Below, piece by piece: positions 17,944-27,870 of a stretch of DNA of 47,715 bases. The translations under genes were made by a program, and so were the position numbers. How positions within the stretch are numbered: position 1 is the stretch's first letter; the number at the start of each line of letters is the position of its first letter. The DNA is from Verrucomicrobiales bacterium (GTDB taxonomy: Bacteria; Verrucomicrobiota; Verrucomicrobiia; Verrucomicrobiales; V1-33): positions 1-47,715 of the forward strand of contig JANOAV010000074.1 in NCBI GenBank assembly GCA_031411295.1. The letters run 5' to 3'. The notes beneath the pieces were generated by a model. It had not been told where the DNA came from. It was given only the letters and a program-made list of their open reading frames with translations, and searched no databases.

Positions 17944-19119
17944 TCATCGGCTTGGATCCTTCATCAGGTTTTGCTCCTGCGGCTTCAGCGCGGTCCACCA
18001 AGCGGCGGCGGCGGCGGGATCCTTAGCCTGCCAAACCTCCTGAATGGTCGCAAGCACCCTCGCGCGCCAAGCCGCATCCGGCAGATCGCGAATCCATCGC
18101 CAAGCGGCGGCGGGGTCGGTTTTGGCGACTTGAGTAACGATGAATTCCTCCGCCTCCACGCGAGGCTGTCCAGCCAGGAAGGCGGTGGCGAAGTCCCATC
18201 CCGCTTGGGCCTCGCCCTCCGCCAAGTGCTTCGCCAGGGCCAGCCCCAAAATCGCCTTCACCTGGCCTTGAGATTGATCATTGAAAAATGCGGTGGCGGC
18301 GGCGGCATCCTGTTTCACCCATGAATCGGCGGCGGCATTGACGAATCCCAACCCTTTCCCCGAGACTTGGGCCTCCTTAAGGATAGCCGCGGGACTCTGT
18401 TGAAGCCAAAGTTCAGCTAATTGCGAGAGAGCCGCCCCCTGCCATGGCGAGCGCGGCAGCGAATTGAGGAACTCCATGCGACCGGCTACGTCTAAGCCCT
18501 TCCACTGCGGAGCCTTGAGGTTCGTCGCGTCAACCTCCTGAAAGATCACCGCATCTGGCAGGGATAAATTTTGCTTCTGCAAATAGTCGAGTCCCTGCTT
18601 CACATCCGCCCGCAACTGGGCCAGCGCCAGCGCCTTGAAGGGATCCGGTTCCAATCCGGGAACCCGCAGGCGAGAGGCCGCAGCTTCAGCCGCACGCGGA
18701 TCGCGCTGCGCCCATCGGGTGATGAGCGTGGCCGCCAGCTTCATTTCTCGCTCCGAAGGATCACTCTGACTGGCAAGGTATTTGAAGAACCCCGGGGCAT
18801 CTGCTTCCGCCCAACCTACTGCCACCAGCGCCAGCAAGGCTTCATCCTCCCTCACCGCATGCATCACGGCCGGAAATTCTTCGATTTTGATGCGATCCAG
18901 CATGGTGACCGCCCGGGCCATCTTCTGCTCCGGTTGGGTGCTGGCAGCCAGCACCTCCTCTACCTTGCCCTTCCAATATTCCCGCCGGGTGGCTTCCACT
19001 AACCCAGTGTCAGCACTACGATCCAGCACCGACCGAGTGGCAGGAATCACATAGCGCCCCATCGCTAGTCCCAGCCCAGCGAGCACGCAATAAATCAAAT
19101 AGCGGATTGGTCCCGGCAT
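17944..19119 (-). CDS. Hypothetical exported alpha-helical repeat protein (W..DP.AA..W repeats)
   Basis: N-terminal TM segment; repeated W[AQ].xD[PA]xAAxx[WF] units. Confidence 0.65.
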   Translation of the reverse strand: MPGPIRYLIYCVLAGLGLAMGRYVIPATRSVLDRSADTGLVEATRREYWKGKVEEVLAASTQPEQKMARAVTMLDRIKIEEFPAVMHAVREDEALLALVAVGWAEADAPGFFKYLASQSDPSEREMKLAATLITRWAQRDPRAAEAAASRLRVPGLEPDPFKALALAQLRADVKQGLDYLQKQNLSLPDAVIFQEVDATNLKAPQWKGLDVAGRMEFLNSLPRSPWQGAALSQLAELWLQQSPAAILKEAQVSGKGLGFVNAAADSWVKQDAAAATAFFNDQSQGQVKAILGLALAKHLAEGEAQAGWDFATAFLAGQPRVEAEEFIVTQVAKTDPAAAWRWIRDLPDAAWRARVLATIQEVWQAKDPAAAAAWWTALKPQEQNLMKDPSR

Positions 19120-19123
19120 GAGC

Positions 19124-19906
19124 TTACGGCTGTTCCCCTCCCGGTTGATAACTAGCTAATATTTTGAGGAAATTTGTGCGTTCCTCGTCTGTTATATTTG
19201 CGGCCTGAATTTGCTGTTCCGCTTCCTCCGGACAGATGTGAGCCGCAGAGCGCAGCACTGCCCGGGCGATCTCTCCCCGCACCACCGCATCCTCGACCGA
19301 CAACCCAAATCCCAGCGCCAGAGCCGGAGCCAGCTTGCCCGCGGCCTTGGCAAAAGCGCTCACCACCGCCGTGCGTTCCGCTCCCTCGGGCAGGGTCACG
19401 ACCCATTCACTGGCCGCCGATGGTTCCACGCTGCCCCAACCCTTCGCAATCCCTTGGCGCGCAGCGGAACGCTCCGTTTCATCAGTTAGCTTCTCCATCC
19501 AGGCAATTGCTCCCAAAGGATCCACCTTCCCCCAGAGCACCCCTGCGTCCGCTGCTTGCTCCGCCCGCGCGGCTCCGCTGGGAGTTTGCTGCCAGACTGC
19601 CAGCACTGCGGCCAAATTTTCGGCACTGCCCTGGGGCATTGGTTTCGCTTCGGGCAGCTTGGCCGCGGGTCGCGCGCCCAGATTGCGCCAAGCTTGCAGG
19701 ATTACCGGCACCTGCTGCATGGAGGCATCCACTACCTTGGAACCCAATCCGCTGTTACCGCGTTCCGCCACCTCTCGACCCAAAATTTCAACCCGGCGGG
19801 CAATCTCCCGATCTTGGTTCACCAAGGGAACGACGGATCTTCCCACGTAGATCCCTCCCGCCAGCGAGAGGAGGATTACGAGAAAAGATGGGGCAACGTT
19901 GGTCAC
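19124..19906 (-). CDS. Hypothetical exported alpha-helical repeat protein (W..DP..A..W repeats)
   Basis: N-terminal TM segment; WGKVDPLGAIAW and WGSVEPSAASEW repeats; 4-bp gap to the downstream similar gene. Confidence 0.65.
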   Translation of the reverse strand: MTNVAPSFLVILLSLAGGIYVGRSVVPLVNQDREIARRVEILGREVAERGNSGLGSKVVDASMQQVPVILQAWRNLGARPAAKLPEAKPMPQGSAENLAAVLAVWQQTPSGAARAEQAADAGVLWGKVDPLGAIAWMEKLTDETERSAARQGIAKGWGSVEPSAASEWVVTLPEGAERTAVVSAFAKAAGKLAPALALGFGLSVEDAVVRGEIARAVLRSAAHICPEEAEQQIQAANITDEERTNFLKILASYQPGGEQP

Positions 19907-20012
19907 AGGGAATGCACGGCAGTTTCATGCGACTCCACCGAAACGCAAGTTGCTTCGTTGTCACAGTTGGGCAAATCTGCCGCGCGGAAAAGAGACTCCC
20001 CAGATCGGTGAC

Positions 20013-21035
20013 TTATCCTTCCCGTGGACCAATCCCCGCGGCAGATTCCATCCCCAAAGCCCCGGGCCCCGGTCGATCCAAGCTGCCGGAGTCGGCATAT
20101 TTGGCACCATCCCGCAGGAGCCGTAGCTCGGTCTGCACCCGCAGAAATTCTTCATCCTCGGTAAACTCAACGGGCAGTAACTCAATGGTCGGAATTGCCT
20201 CCTCCAGCCAATGCAGCCAACTCTTGCCCTCGTCCAATTCGAAGGGAACATCTGGTCCCTCGCCCACCGCCGCTAAGACGCGGGCGTCCCGCACTCTTTC
20301 CTCGAGATCGGGCGCTTTGGCCAAGCATTCCTGCAGCACCGTGAGCGCCCGCTGAGCCGTGAGACTAAGCTCCGTCAGATTCCCTCCGCGGGTTCGGAGG
20401 TCCCGGCCTTTCACCATCAAATTCCGCAAGGCCCCCAGCAACTCACCGCCGTTGCGACGCTGCAGCTTGGGAAACTGCTCTGCGAGAAAGCCCTCCACCT
20501 GATTCAGCCACAACTGCACATCCCTCGCCCAGAGTTCCGCGCCCAACTGCTGGATCCGCCTTTCCCGACTCTTCAGGGCCGCTTGAAGCAGTTCCAAACG
20601 CCGTGCCCCTCGTTCCGATTTCGTTTCCGCCAGCTCCGCTCGCAGCACTTCGTTTAAATGATCCGCGCTGGTCCTCAACGAATTAATCTGATAGCGAATC
20701 TCATGAAAGGCCGCCTGCTGCGATTGCAACTGAGCCTCCCGTTGCCGTTTGGCTCGATTCTGTTCCCGTTTCCAGAAACCAAAGAATCCCAGCCCAAGCA
20801 ATAACAGCGCCCAACTCCCCGGCTGACCAGTCCCAAAACCATAAACTGCCATGACTATCCCCAAGATGCCGCCAACCGCCAGCAGGCTGGAAGTCGCTCG
20901 CTGTTCCTGGCTGGCAGGCGGATCCGCCGCCGCCCTCGACTGACCGGTCAGCGTGCCGCAATTTCTGCAAGGCACGCCTGCCAGGCGCGATTTCTTTCCG
21001 CGCGTCCAATAGTTGCAGGTGGAGCAGTAGGGCAT
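20013..21035 (-). CDS. Hypothetical membrane protein: Zn-ribbon, 2 TM, coiled-coil
   Basis: CSTC..CRNC, two hydrophobic helices, long E/R/L/Q-rich helical tail. Confidence 0.6.
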   Translation of the reverse strand: MPYCSTCNYWTRGKKSRLAGVPCRNCGTLTGQSRAAADPPASQEQRATSSLLAVGGILGIVMAVYGFGTGQPGSWALLLLGLGFFGFWKREQNRAKRQREAQLQSQQAAFHEIRYQINSLRTSADHLNEVLRAELAETKSERGARRLELLQAALKSRERRIQQLGAELWARDVQLWLNQVEGFLAEQFPKLQRRNGGELLGALRNLMVKGRDLRTRGGNLTELSLTAQRALTVLQECLAKAPDLEERVRDARVLAAVGEGPDVPFELDEGKSWLHWLEEAIPTIELLPVEFTEDEEFLRVQTELRLLRDGAKYADSGSLDRPGPGALGMESAAGIGPREG

Positions 21036-21116
21036 GTGACATGGTTCCAAGAACCAGAATGAATTTCCTATCATCCTAAATCAATCATCTTTCCGCGCAA
21101 GTTCCTTCTCCCCAGG

Positions 21117-21160
21117 AAAGTAGTCATCATCGCTCCGCGTGATGACCAGCACGATTTCCC
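21117..21160 (+). repeat. GTAG-type REP-like palindrome (family B, copy 2)
   Basis: AAAGTAGTCATCATCGCTCCGCGTGATGACCAGCACGATTTCCC is a near-perfect reverse complement of 96-140. Confidence 0.8.
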
Positions 21161-21307
21161 CCACCCCACATCGACCAGCACGCGCACCCAAAATGACATC
21201 TTGCCAACCCAATAGTAAACCTCTTGACCATCCCAGCGGAACCGCTTAGCTAAACTCCGACCTCCGTTCTCACTGCTTCCAAACCTCTTTGCCTCCATTT
21301 TCCCCTC

Positions 21308-23008
21308 ATGGGTGATGCCGCCTCGACCGACTATCAATCACTCCCCAGCTTTAAGGAAAGGCTGGGCGCGCGCTGGCATCAACTCCTCAGCGCCATCCGC
21401 GGCGTGCCGTATTTGACCTCAGCCTTCGCGTTGGCGGCCCTGGCCATTTTTAGCTGGATGACCTATCGGGACGGAAACAACCTGCTAGCGGACACCCCGG
21501 AAGGCTGGGCCAGACGCTATCAGGTGGCCATGTTCGAGGCCAGTCGCACGTCGCTGTTGAGGGATTTTTTCCACAGTCACTGGAATCTGGGCGCGCTGCT
21601 TTTCCTCCCCGCGTTGGTGCTGGCAATGATTCGCCAACGGGGCCGGAAATTTGTCCTCGCGCTTACCCTGGCGACCTTGGCGGTCCTGGCACTGTGGACC
21701 TTCGACGAGATTAGCACCGGCTGGGAAGCCGCCCATAACTCGATGATGGGGGAGATTCCTTCCCCTTACGCCTTCTATTGGAAGCTCGCCTTGATCGCCA
21801 CCACTTTCCTTAGCCTCCCCCTGATGGTTTGGCTCTATTATCGCTCCACCATTCTGGATCGCTACGTCGTCCGCAGCTTTGTGGCCCCATTCCTGATGTG
21901 CCTCTTGGGCATTATTGCCATCATGATCACGATGGACCTCCTGAACAACGCCAATGACTTCCTTAAGGCGGGATTCTCGGTCGCCAAAGTGATGGAATTC
22001 TACCTGCGTCAAGTGCCGCAGATTCTGGTCATGATTACCGATGCCGCCGTGCTCCTGGCCACGCTCTACACCCTCAGCCGCATGTCCCGATCCAACGAGA
22101 TCATCTCCATGCTCGGCAGCGGACGCAGCCTGATCCGGATTCTGATCCCCATCCTCGCCCTCGGTGCTTGGGCCACTTTAGTCGTCATGGCCATGAATTA
22201 TGCCTGGGCCCCAGGAGCACAATCGGTGAAGGATGAAATGCTGCGCCAAGCCGACACTGAGGGCAGCAAAACCAGACGGGAGAAAGCCTCGACCTATAAC
22301 GTCATGTTTCGCAATCAGGACGAACATCGCACTTGGTTTCTCGGCAAAGTCCCCACCAGTGCCAGTGCGGCTGATTTAAAAATCGAATTCGTAGCCGTCC
22401 TGCAGGATGATGGGGCTGGCAACTTCCAAAAAGCTTGGTATGCCCGCCGTGGCAGTTGGATTCCGAACGAACGCCGCTGGAAACTCTACGAAGCCCGGAT
22501 CATCACTGCGGCTGCGCTCACTTCCGACACTCCGGTCATCGAGCAATTCGATAAGCTCATGGTCGAAGAAAACTGGCCGGAAACGCCTTGGAGCATTCTC
22601 AGCGGCAAGGTCAATCCCGACTTCCTGTCCGTGCCGGAATTGACCTCCTACCTCCGCTCTTCACTGACCCTGGAAGCCAATAAACTTGCCCGCTACGAGA
22701 CCACCCTGCACGGCCGCTTCTCCCTCCCCTTCCGCTGTTTACTGATGGTGCTGATTGCAGCCCCGCTGGGCATTGTCACTTCCCGCCGGGGAGTGCTGGG
22801 AGGCGTGGCTTGGAGTGTCGCCCTGTTCGTCATTGTTTACTTCCTGTTCACCATCGGTCTGAAACTGGGCGAAGGCGGCTACATCGGCCCTGCCACGGGA
22901 GCATGGAGCGTGGTTACCGGCTTTGCCCTGATCGGAATCGTTCTGCTTTGGATGAAGAACTACAATCGGCAGTTGCCCAGCTTCAATCCGCTGAAGTGGT
23001 TCAAGTAA
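21308..23008 (+). CDS. LptF/LptG family LPS export permease with an N-terminal membrane extension
   Basis: ILDRYVVRSF, LSRMSRSNEI..MLGSGRSL.R...P, RFSLPFRCLLMVLIAAPLG motifs. Confidence 0.85.
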   Translation: MGDAASTDYQSLPSFKERLGARWHQLLSAIRGVPYLTSAFALAALAIFSWMTYRDGNNLLADTPEGWARRYQVAMFEASRTSLLRDFFHSHWNLGALLFLPALVLAMIRQRGRKFVLALTLATLAVLALWTFDEISTGWEAAHNSMMGEIPSPYAFYWKLALIATTFLSLPLMVWLYYRSTILDRYVVRSFVAPFLMCLLGIIAIMITMDLLNNANDFLKAGFSVAKVMEFYLRQVPQILVMITDAAVLLATLYTLSRMSRSNEIISMLGSGRSLIRILIPILALGAWATLVVMAMNYAWAPGAQSVKDEMLRQADTEGSKTRREKASTYNVMFRNQDEHRTWFLGKVPTSASAADLKIEFVAVLQDDGAGNFQKAWYARRGSWIPNERRWKLYEARIITAAALTSDTPVIEQFDKLMVEENWPETPWSILSGKVNPDFLSVPELTSYLRSSLTLEANKLARYETTLHGRFSLPFRCLLMVLIAAPLGIVTSRRGVLGGVAWSVALFVIVYFLFTIGLKLGEGGYIGPATGAWSVVTGFALIGIVLLWMKNYNRQLPSFNPLKWFK

Positions 23009-23022
23009 TCCCCCCCTTCCAC

Positions 23023-23664
23023 ATGCATCTATTCATCACTGGCACGGATACCGACGCTGGCAAAACCCATGTTTCCACGCTCCTGCTGCAAGCCCTGACC
23101 CAATTGGGCCTATCAGCCGTGGGCTATAAGCCCGTAGGCAGCGGGGGCCGCTCCGATGCGCAGCAACTGCTGGCCGCCAGTAGTCCGGGAGCCAGCTTGG
23201 ATGAAGTGAACCCCTGCTGGTTCCCGACTCCGTTCAGTCCCTTCGTGGCTGCCCAGTTTGCGAACCGACCGGTGGTGATGGAGGATCTCGTGGCCGGCTA
23301 TCATGCGTTGGCGGCTAAGTTTCCCCACATTATTGTAGAGGGAGCCGGGGGCTGGGAAACTCCGTTAGCTCCGGGGCTAACCATGGCGGATCTGGCCCAA
23401 GCCCTGCAACTCCCGGTGCTCTTAGTCGTGAACAATCGCCTCGGAGCCCAGAATCACACGCTGCTGACCCTGCGCAGCATTGCCGCGCATGGCCTCACCT
23501 GCGTGGGCATTATCCTCAACTATCCGCAGGACGAACGGGATTCCGCCAGCATTTCCAATCGCAGTGCCCTGGAAGCCTTTACTAACGTGCCGATTTTAGC
23601 CGAACTCATGCACGGGGAAACGGAGTTGCCCGCAGAGCTGGTGCAAATGCTCCGGGACCTGTAG
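23023..23664 (+). CDS. bioD: Dethiobiotin synthase
   Basis: FITGTDTDAGKT, GYKPVGSG, VEGAGG, LGAQNH. Confidence 0.95.
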   Translation: MHLFITGTDTDAGKTHVSTLLLQALTQLGLSAVGYKPVGSGGRSDAQQLLAASSPGASLDEVNPCWFPTPFSPFVAAQFANRPVVMEDLVAGYHALAAKFPHIIVEGAGGWETPLAPGLTMADLAQALQLPVLLVVNNRLGAQNHTLLTLRSIAAHGLTCVGIILNYPQDERDSASISNRSALEAFTNVPILAELMHGETELPAELVQMLRDL

Positions 23665-23666
23665 AG

Positions 23667-24275
23667 TTAGAAATTCCGCCGACCATTCAGGGCGCGGAAC
23701 AGCGTCAACTCGTCCGCACTCTCCAAACCGCCACCCGCGGGCAGTCCTTGGGCGATCCGACTCACCACTACCCCCATGGGACGTAAAATTTCGGCTATGA
23801 AATGGGCCGTCGCCTCGCCTTCCACATCCGACCCCACGGCTAGGATGACTTCCTTCACGGCATCAAGGCGGATGCGCTGTTGCAATGCTTCGATCCGCAG
23901 ATCCTCGGGACCAATATTTTCCAGCGGACTGATCCGACCGCCCAGCACGTGATAGTGCCCCTTGAACGCCCCCGTGCGCTCGATGGGGAGCACGTCCGTC
24001 GCCTGCTCCACTACACACAACACCGCCGCATCCCGTTGGGGCGCGGCGCAAATATCGCATGGCTGCTGGCCCGTGGCAAAGAAACCGCACTGGGGGCATT
24101 GCGTGATGTCCTGCGCGGCCTGCGCCAAGCCCACGGCCAACTCGCCAGCCAACTGCCGCCCAGAGCGCAGCAGCCAGATCACCACCCGCTCCGCACTCCG
24201 CGGTCCAATACCTGGCAACCGCTTGAAGTGGCTGATCAAAGCGCGGATCTGCGGTGGATAGTCGATTTTATTCAT
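23667..24275 (-). CDS. recR: Recombination mediator RecR
   Basis: LPGIGPRSAER HhH, C4 zinc finger, CVVE, YHVLGG.ISP, EGEATA. Confidence 0.97.
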   Translation of the reverse strand: MNKIDYPPQIRALISHFKRLPGIGPRSAERVVIWLLRSGRQLAGELAVGLAQAAQDITQCPQCGFFATGQQPCDICAAPQRDAAVLCVVEQATDVLPIERTGAFKGHYHVLGGRISPLENIGPEDLRIEALQQRIRLDAVKEVILAVGSDVEGEATAHFIAEILRPMGVVVSRIAQGLPAGGGLESADELTLFRALNGRRNF

Positions 24276-24284
24276 AGGCCAGCA

Positions 24285-25379
24285 TCAATTCCTCCGCTTC
24301 TTCTTACTCTTGCTCTGACCACTGGTCTTTCCGGTGCTGGGCTTGGGAGTTGGTTTGGCGGGTGGCTTCGGCTCCAACTCGGATGGTTCAGCCACGACTG
24401 GTTCTGAAATCGAAGGCAGGCGGATCTCCAGCACGGCTCGTTGATCCGCCGTGACCTGAGCCAAAGGAATCGCGTCTTCCAGCAGTAAATTTGCCGTGAC
24501 TTCATCGGTCACCATTTGCCCCAGGAAAGCAACTTCCAGCAGTTGTCGGCCCTGCGTCAGCACCTCCCCAGAAACCTGATAGGCTCCATTGACGACACCG
24601 GAAGCCGCCAATCCGTATTGCACTGCGAAACAAAACTCCGCCGGAGCCGGAAACGATTCCGTCAGAGCCGTGCGGAGTAACTCCGCACTCTCAACACATT
24701 TGGCCCCGGCATCCGCCGATCCTTGCGGCAGCCCAAGAGCAGCCCAGACGATCTCTCCGGAGTCCGGCAGGACCAAGGCCTGACGCGTCAGCAGCAGCGC
24801 ACTGGCACGTTTCCGAAATTCCCCCGTCAACGTTAGAAAGGCGGAGGGTCCCAACTTTTTGCGCAAGACCGAGGCTTCATGCAACATCACCCCTAACAAC
24901 CAGACCGGACGATTCTCGCACGCCAAATCCTCCTGGAGCAGCTGTGAATCCAACACCGCCAGTGCTTCCGGGGAAAGCTGCCCCACGAACAACCCGGCCA
25001 GATCCGGTCGCTGGTGAGACCACCAACGTCCCACCGCCCAAGCCACCAAGGCCCCCAAGGCCAGCGCAAAGGCGGGGGGAAACGGATCGAATCCCACCTC
25101 ATGCAAAGAAACCGCCGCCGCCCCCGTGAAACAAAGCACCATGGCACCTGACAGCATGATCCCCCCCCGCTTTCCGGGCAATGCGCTGAGCACCCAAGCC
25201 GCCGCCACCGCCAGCAAGAGGCACAAACCCAGCGTCACCCCATTGGAAACTACCCCACCTGGCAACGCCCAAGGCAGGCTCGCATTCCATTCCGGGGTCT
25301 CGAAGATCCAACGCCCCGCATCTGCGAAGAGGCCCGCCAAGAGACCGCCGCTCAGGATTAGGAAATGACGTAATTTCAC
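24285..25379 (-). CDS. Membrane protein with a degenerate class III adenylate/guanylate cyclase-like domain
   Basis: About 4 TM segments, then a cyclase-like layout (RPVWLLGVML / SGEIVWAALGLP / FAVQYG / YQVSGEVLTQGRQL) without the catalytic Asp, Asn and Arg. Confidence 0.55.
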   Translation of the reverse strand: MKLRHFLILSGGLLAGLFADAGRWIFETPEWNASLPWALPGGVVSNGVTLGLCLLLAVAAAWVLSALPGKRGGIMLSGAMVLCFTGAAAVSLHEVGFDPFPPAFALALGALVAWAVGRWWSHQRPDLAGLFVGQLSPEALAVLDSQLLQEDLACENRPVWLLGVMLHEASVLRKKLGPSAFLTLTGEFRKRASALLLTRQALVLPDSGEIVWAALGLPQGSADAGAKCVESAELLRTALTESFPAPAEFCFAVQYGLAASGVVNGAYQVSGEVLTQGRQLLEVAFLGQMVTDEVTANLLLEDAIPLAQVTADQRAVLEIRLPSISEPVVAEPSELEPKPPAKPTPKPSTGKTSGQSKSKKKRRN

Positions 25380-25397
25380 GAGGGTAAAGCTCTCATA

Positions 25398-27773
25398 TTA
25401 GTTCGACAACGTGGATTGCAGACGCTTCCAGCGTTCGCCAAACCCCCGGTGCTCACGTGCCAACTCATTCCCGCGCAAGCCTCCCAGCACGGTTTGGCGC
25501 GCCTTCAGCGCAAAGGCGACCACCAATTCCCGCCGCCGATAGTAGTCATCTGCATCGGTAATTTTCTCTTCATCCAGCGGTTGTTCCGCCAGCCGAATCA
25601 ACGTCGCTGGCTGAATCTGCGCATAACTGAGGGTCACTTCCCCCGTGGAACCGGGCACCTGCACCCGGAAGCCCGCCCGCGTGGCCGCAATAATTTTCGC
25701 CTTCATGGCACTGCCATCCGCTCGGACCAATTCGCCTTCCCAACCACCGGTGGCGAAATCCTTGGTCAGTTGTTCCAGGAAGACCTCGGCATTCTGCCAG
25801 AGCGATACTTGATCGGCACTCGCCTCCTGAATCCCTGCGGATTTAAAGGCCTCCCGCCGGATGCGGGCGATGGCATCTGGGAAATGATAGTCCACCGCCA
25901 AGGCACTGGCTTCCTGCAAGACTTGGTTGAATTGTGCCAACTCCTTGGCCTGCAGTTCCTTTTCCAATTGCACCTGCGCCAACCGTTCCTCCTCCAGCAA
26001 GGCCGCAGCCCGAAGTTGGAAACTTTCCACCTCCGAAGTGCAGCTTTGCTTGACGGCACCCGGCAGTTTCAGGAGCGCCAACGCATGCTGTGCAGACTCC
26101 AGCGCAGCCTTGGCCTCCGTGCCCGTCATCTTGCCATTGATCAGATTCGGCCATGCTTTCAGATGGGTCAGATCCGCCAGATGCGGAGCGACCAGCGCGT
26201 GATATTGTTGGACCCAGGACGCTTGTCCTCCAGGTTTTCCGGTGCTAAATCGCTCCAGCATGGCCGCAGCCGGGCTGGCCTCACCCAATTCCCAGTTCTT
26301 AAGCCCTGCTGCTAACAAGCCCATCGCATCGTAGCCGTCCGCTTTAAAGTCCTTGGTCTGCTCAACCGTGATCGGCCGGGGCGTGTTCATGAGTTGATTC
26401 ACCTGGGTGAAAAATTTTCCCAACTCATCCATGCCATCCGCGCGCAGGCCGGCAAAGTTTTGCCGAGCCCCCGACTCATCATTTTGAAGCAGACCACAGA
26501 TTCCGGCATTAAAGATCGACCAGTTAGCCGTGGGCTGGGGCGCCGTGGAGGCCAATTTCAGGAATGCCTCCCGGGCTTCCGGCAACTCGCCTCGCAACAT
26601 CGCATCGCGCGCTTGGGTAAATTCCTGACTGACCGTTTTGTTCTCGGAGGCCGTGGGATCGCTCACGATCTGCAACCCACTCTCCGGCACCATCGGGGGC
26701 GGATCCTTCTTCAAGGCCAAGGTCAAACCACCGCCCACGGCCGCTGCCGCCACCACCGCTGCGGCGGCCAGGAGTTTGTTCCGTCCGCGCTTGCGCCGAC
26801 GGGGACCACCTCCCTTGAGGACGGTCTGGCGGGCGAATTCGGCGTGCTTGATGAAATCTTCGTAGGTGGCATACCGATCCTCCGGATCCTTCTGCAAGGC
26901 GCATTCCAGCAAGTTGGCGGTCTCATGGCACACCAGCATGGCATCCTCATCTGCCAGGTTGATTGTCTCATTTTTCAGCGCTCGCAGTTCCTCCAGCGAA
27001 TTGGTATCGGTGGTGCAAGGTGGCTTGCCTAACACGGCATGATAAAGACTGGCCCCCAGGCTGTAGAGATCACTCCGATGATCTTCCGTCCCGCCGTTGA
27101 GTTTCTCCGGTGGAACGTAGTAAGGCGTAGCCCACAGTTCCTTGTCTGCCTGTGGCACTGCGGCCAGCATCAACGCCAGACCGAAGTCCACGATCTTGGC
27201 CGTGCCATCGTCCGCAAATAAAATGTTCCCCGGCTTAATGTCGCGATGGATCAACCCCACGGCTTGGGCCGCCTTCAGCCCCCGGGCCGTCTGAATGGCC
27301 ACCTCCAGCATCCTCGCCTCCCCCACCCGCTTCTCTTTGCGAATCTTCTCGTCCAAGCTGCCGCCGCGCACCAATTCCATGGCAATGTAGAAATACCCCT
27401 GATCCCAGCCGGAGCTGTAAACTTTCACCACGTTAGGATGACTGATCGCTGCTGTAATCCGCGCTTCGTGCTCGAATTGACTCACCCGACGCTCGTCACT
27501 CGAACACTGACGATTCAATATCTTCAGCGCCACATCCCGTTTTAATGCGGTATCCGTTGCCCGGAAGACCCGACTCATCCCTCCCACCCCGATCTGTTCC
27601 TTGATTTGAAAATGATGGAAATGGGTCCGCACCCGTATCGTGTCGTGGCATCCCTGACAAATAATCTTGGAATAGGGCTCCAATAGCGACACATCAATCA
27701 ACTGCCCGCAGGAAGGGCAGGAATTGACAAGTGGTTCGTCATCAGGAGGGTTCGGGGAATTATCGTCGGCCAT
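25398..27773 (-). CDS. Hanks-type Ser/Thr kinase: Zn-ribbon, kinase, TM, helical C-terminal domain
   Basis: CPSC..CQGC, IGVGGMSRV, VALK, HRDIKPGN, DFG, YVPPE. Confidence 0.92.
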   Translation of the reverse strand: MADDNSPNPPDDEPLVNSCPSCGQLIDVSLLEPYSKIICQGCHDTIRVRTHFHHFQIKEQIGVGGMSRVFRATDTALKRDVALKILNRQCSSDERRVSQFEHEARITAAISHPNVVKVYSSGWDQGYFYIAMELVRGGSLDEKIRKEKRVGEARMLEVAIQTARGLKAAQAVGLIHRDIKPGNILFADDGTAKIVDFGLALMLAAVPQADKELWATPYYVPPEKLNGGTEDHRSDLYSLGASLYHAVLGKPPCTTDTNSLEELRALKNETINLADEDAMLVCHETANLLECALQKDPEDRYATYEDFIKHAEFARQTVLKGGGPRRRKRGRNKLLAAAAVVAAAAVGGGLTLALKKDPPPMVPESGLQIVSDPTASENKTVSQEFTQARDAMLRGELPEAREAFLKLASTAPQPTANWSIFNAGICGLLQNDESGARQNFAGLRADGMDELGKFFTQVNQLMNTPRPITVEQTKDFKADGYDAMGLLAAGLKNWELGEASPAAAMLERFSTGKPGGQASWVQQYHALVAPHLADLTHLKAWPNLINGKMTGTEAKAALESAQHALALLKLPGAVKQSCTSEVESFQLRAAALLEEERLAQVQLEKELQAKELAQFNQVLQEASALAVDYHFPDAIARIRREAFKSAGIQEASADQVSLWQNAEVFLEQLTKDFATGGWEGELVRADGSAMKAKIIAATRAGFRVQVPGSTGEVTLSYAQIQPATLIRLAEQPLDEEKITDADDYYRRRELVVAFALKARQTVLGGLRGNELAREHRGFGERWKRLQSTLSN

Positions 27774-27780
27774 GGAAATC

Positions 27781-27808
27781 AGCGTAGCAGAAATCCCCCC
27801 GGGCGCAA
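27781..27808 (-). promoter_or_regulatory. Putative sigma70 promoter, leaderless geometry, for the kinase
   Basis: TTGCGC-N16-TACGCT-N7-ATG(27773). Confidence 0.45.
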
Positions 27809-27870
27809 AATGTTGCGTGCAAAATCTTCCCGCAACCCCGGTTTCCGTCCGGCAGCGCCAGCAGGCAAGT

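Noticed and set aside
19174..20355. 393-aa Pro/Arg-rich + strand ORF
   Set aside because: Overlaps two more plausible minus-strand genes; its composition is typical of off-frame GC-rich sequence.
22810..23022. N-terminal extension of BioD in the ORF track
   Set aside because: It overlaps the lptF/G 3' end; BioD homology starts at ATG 23023.
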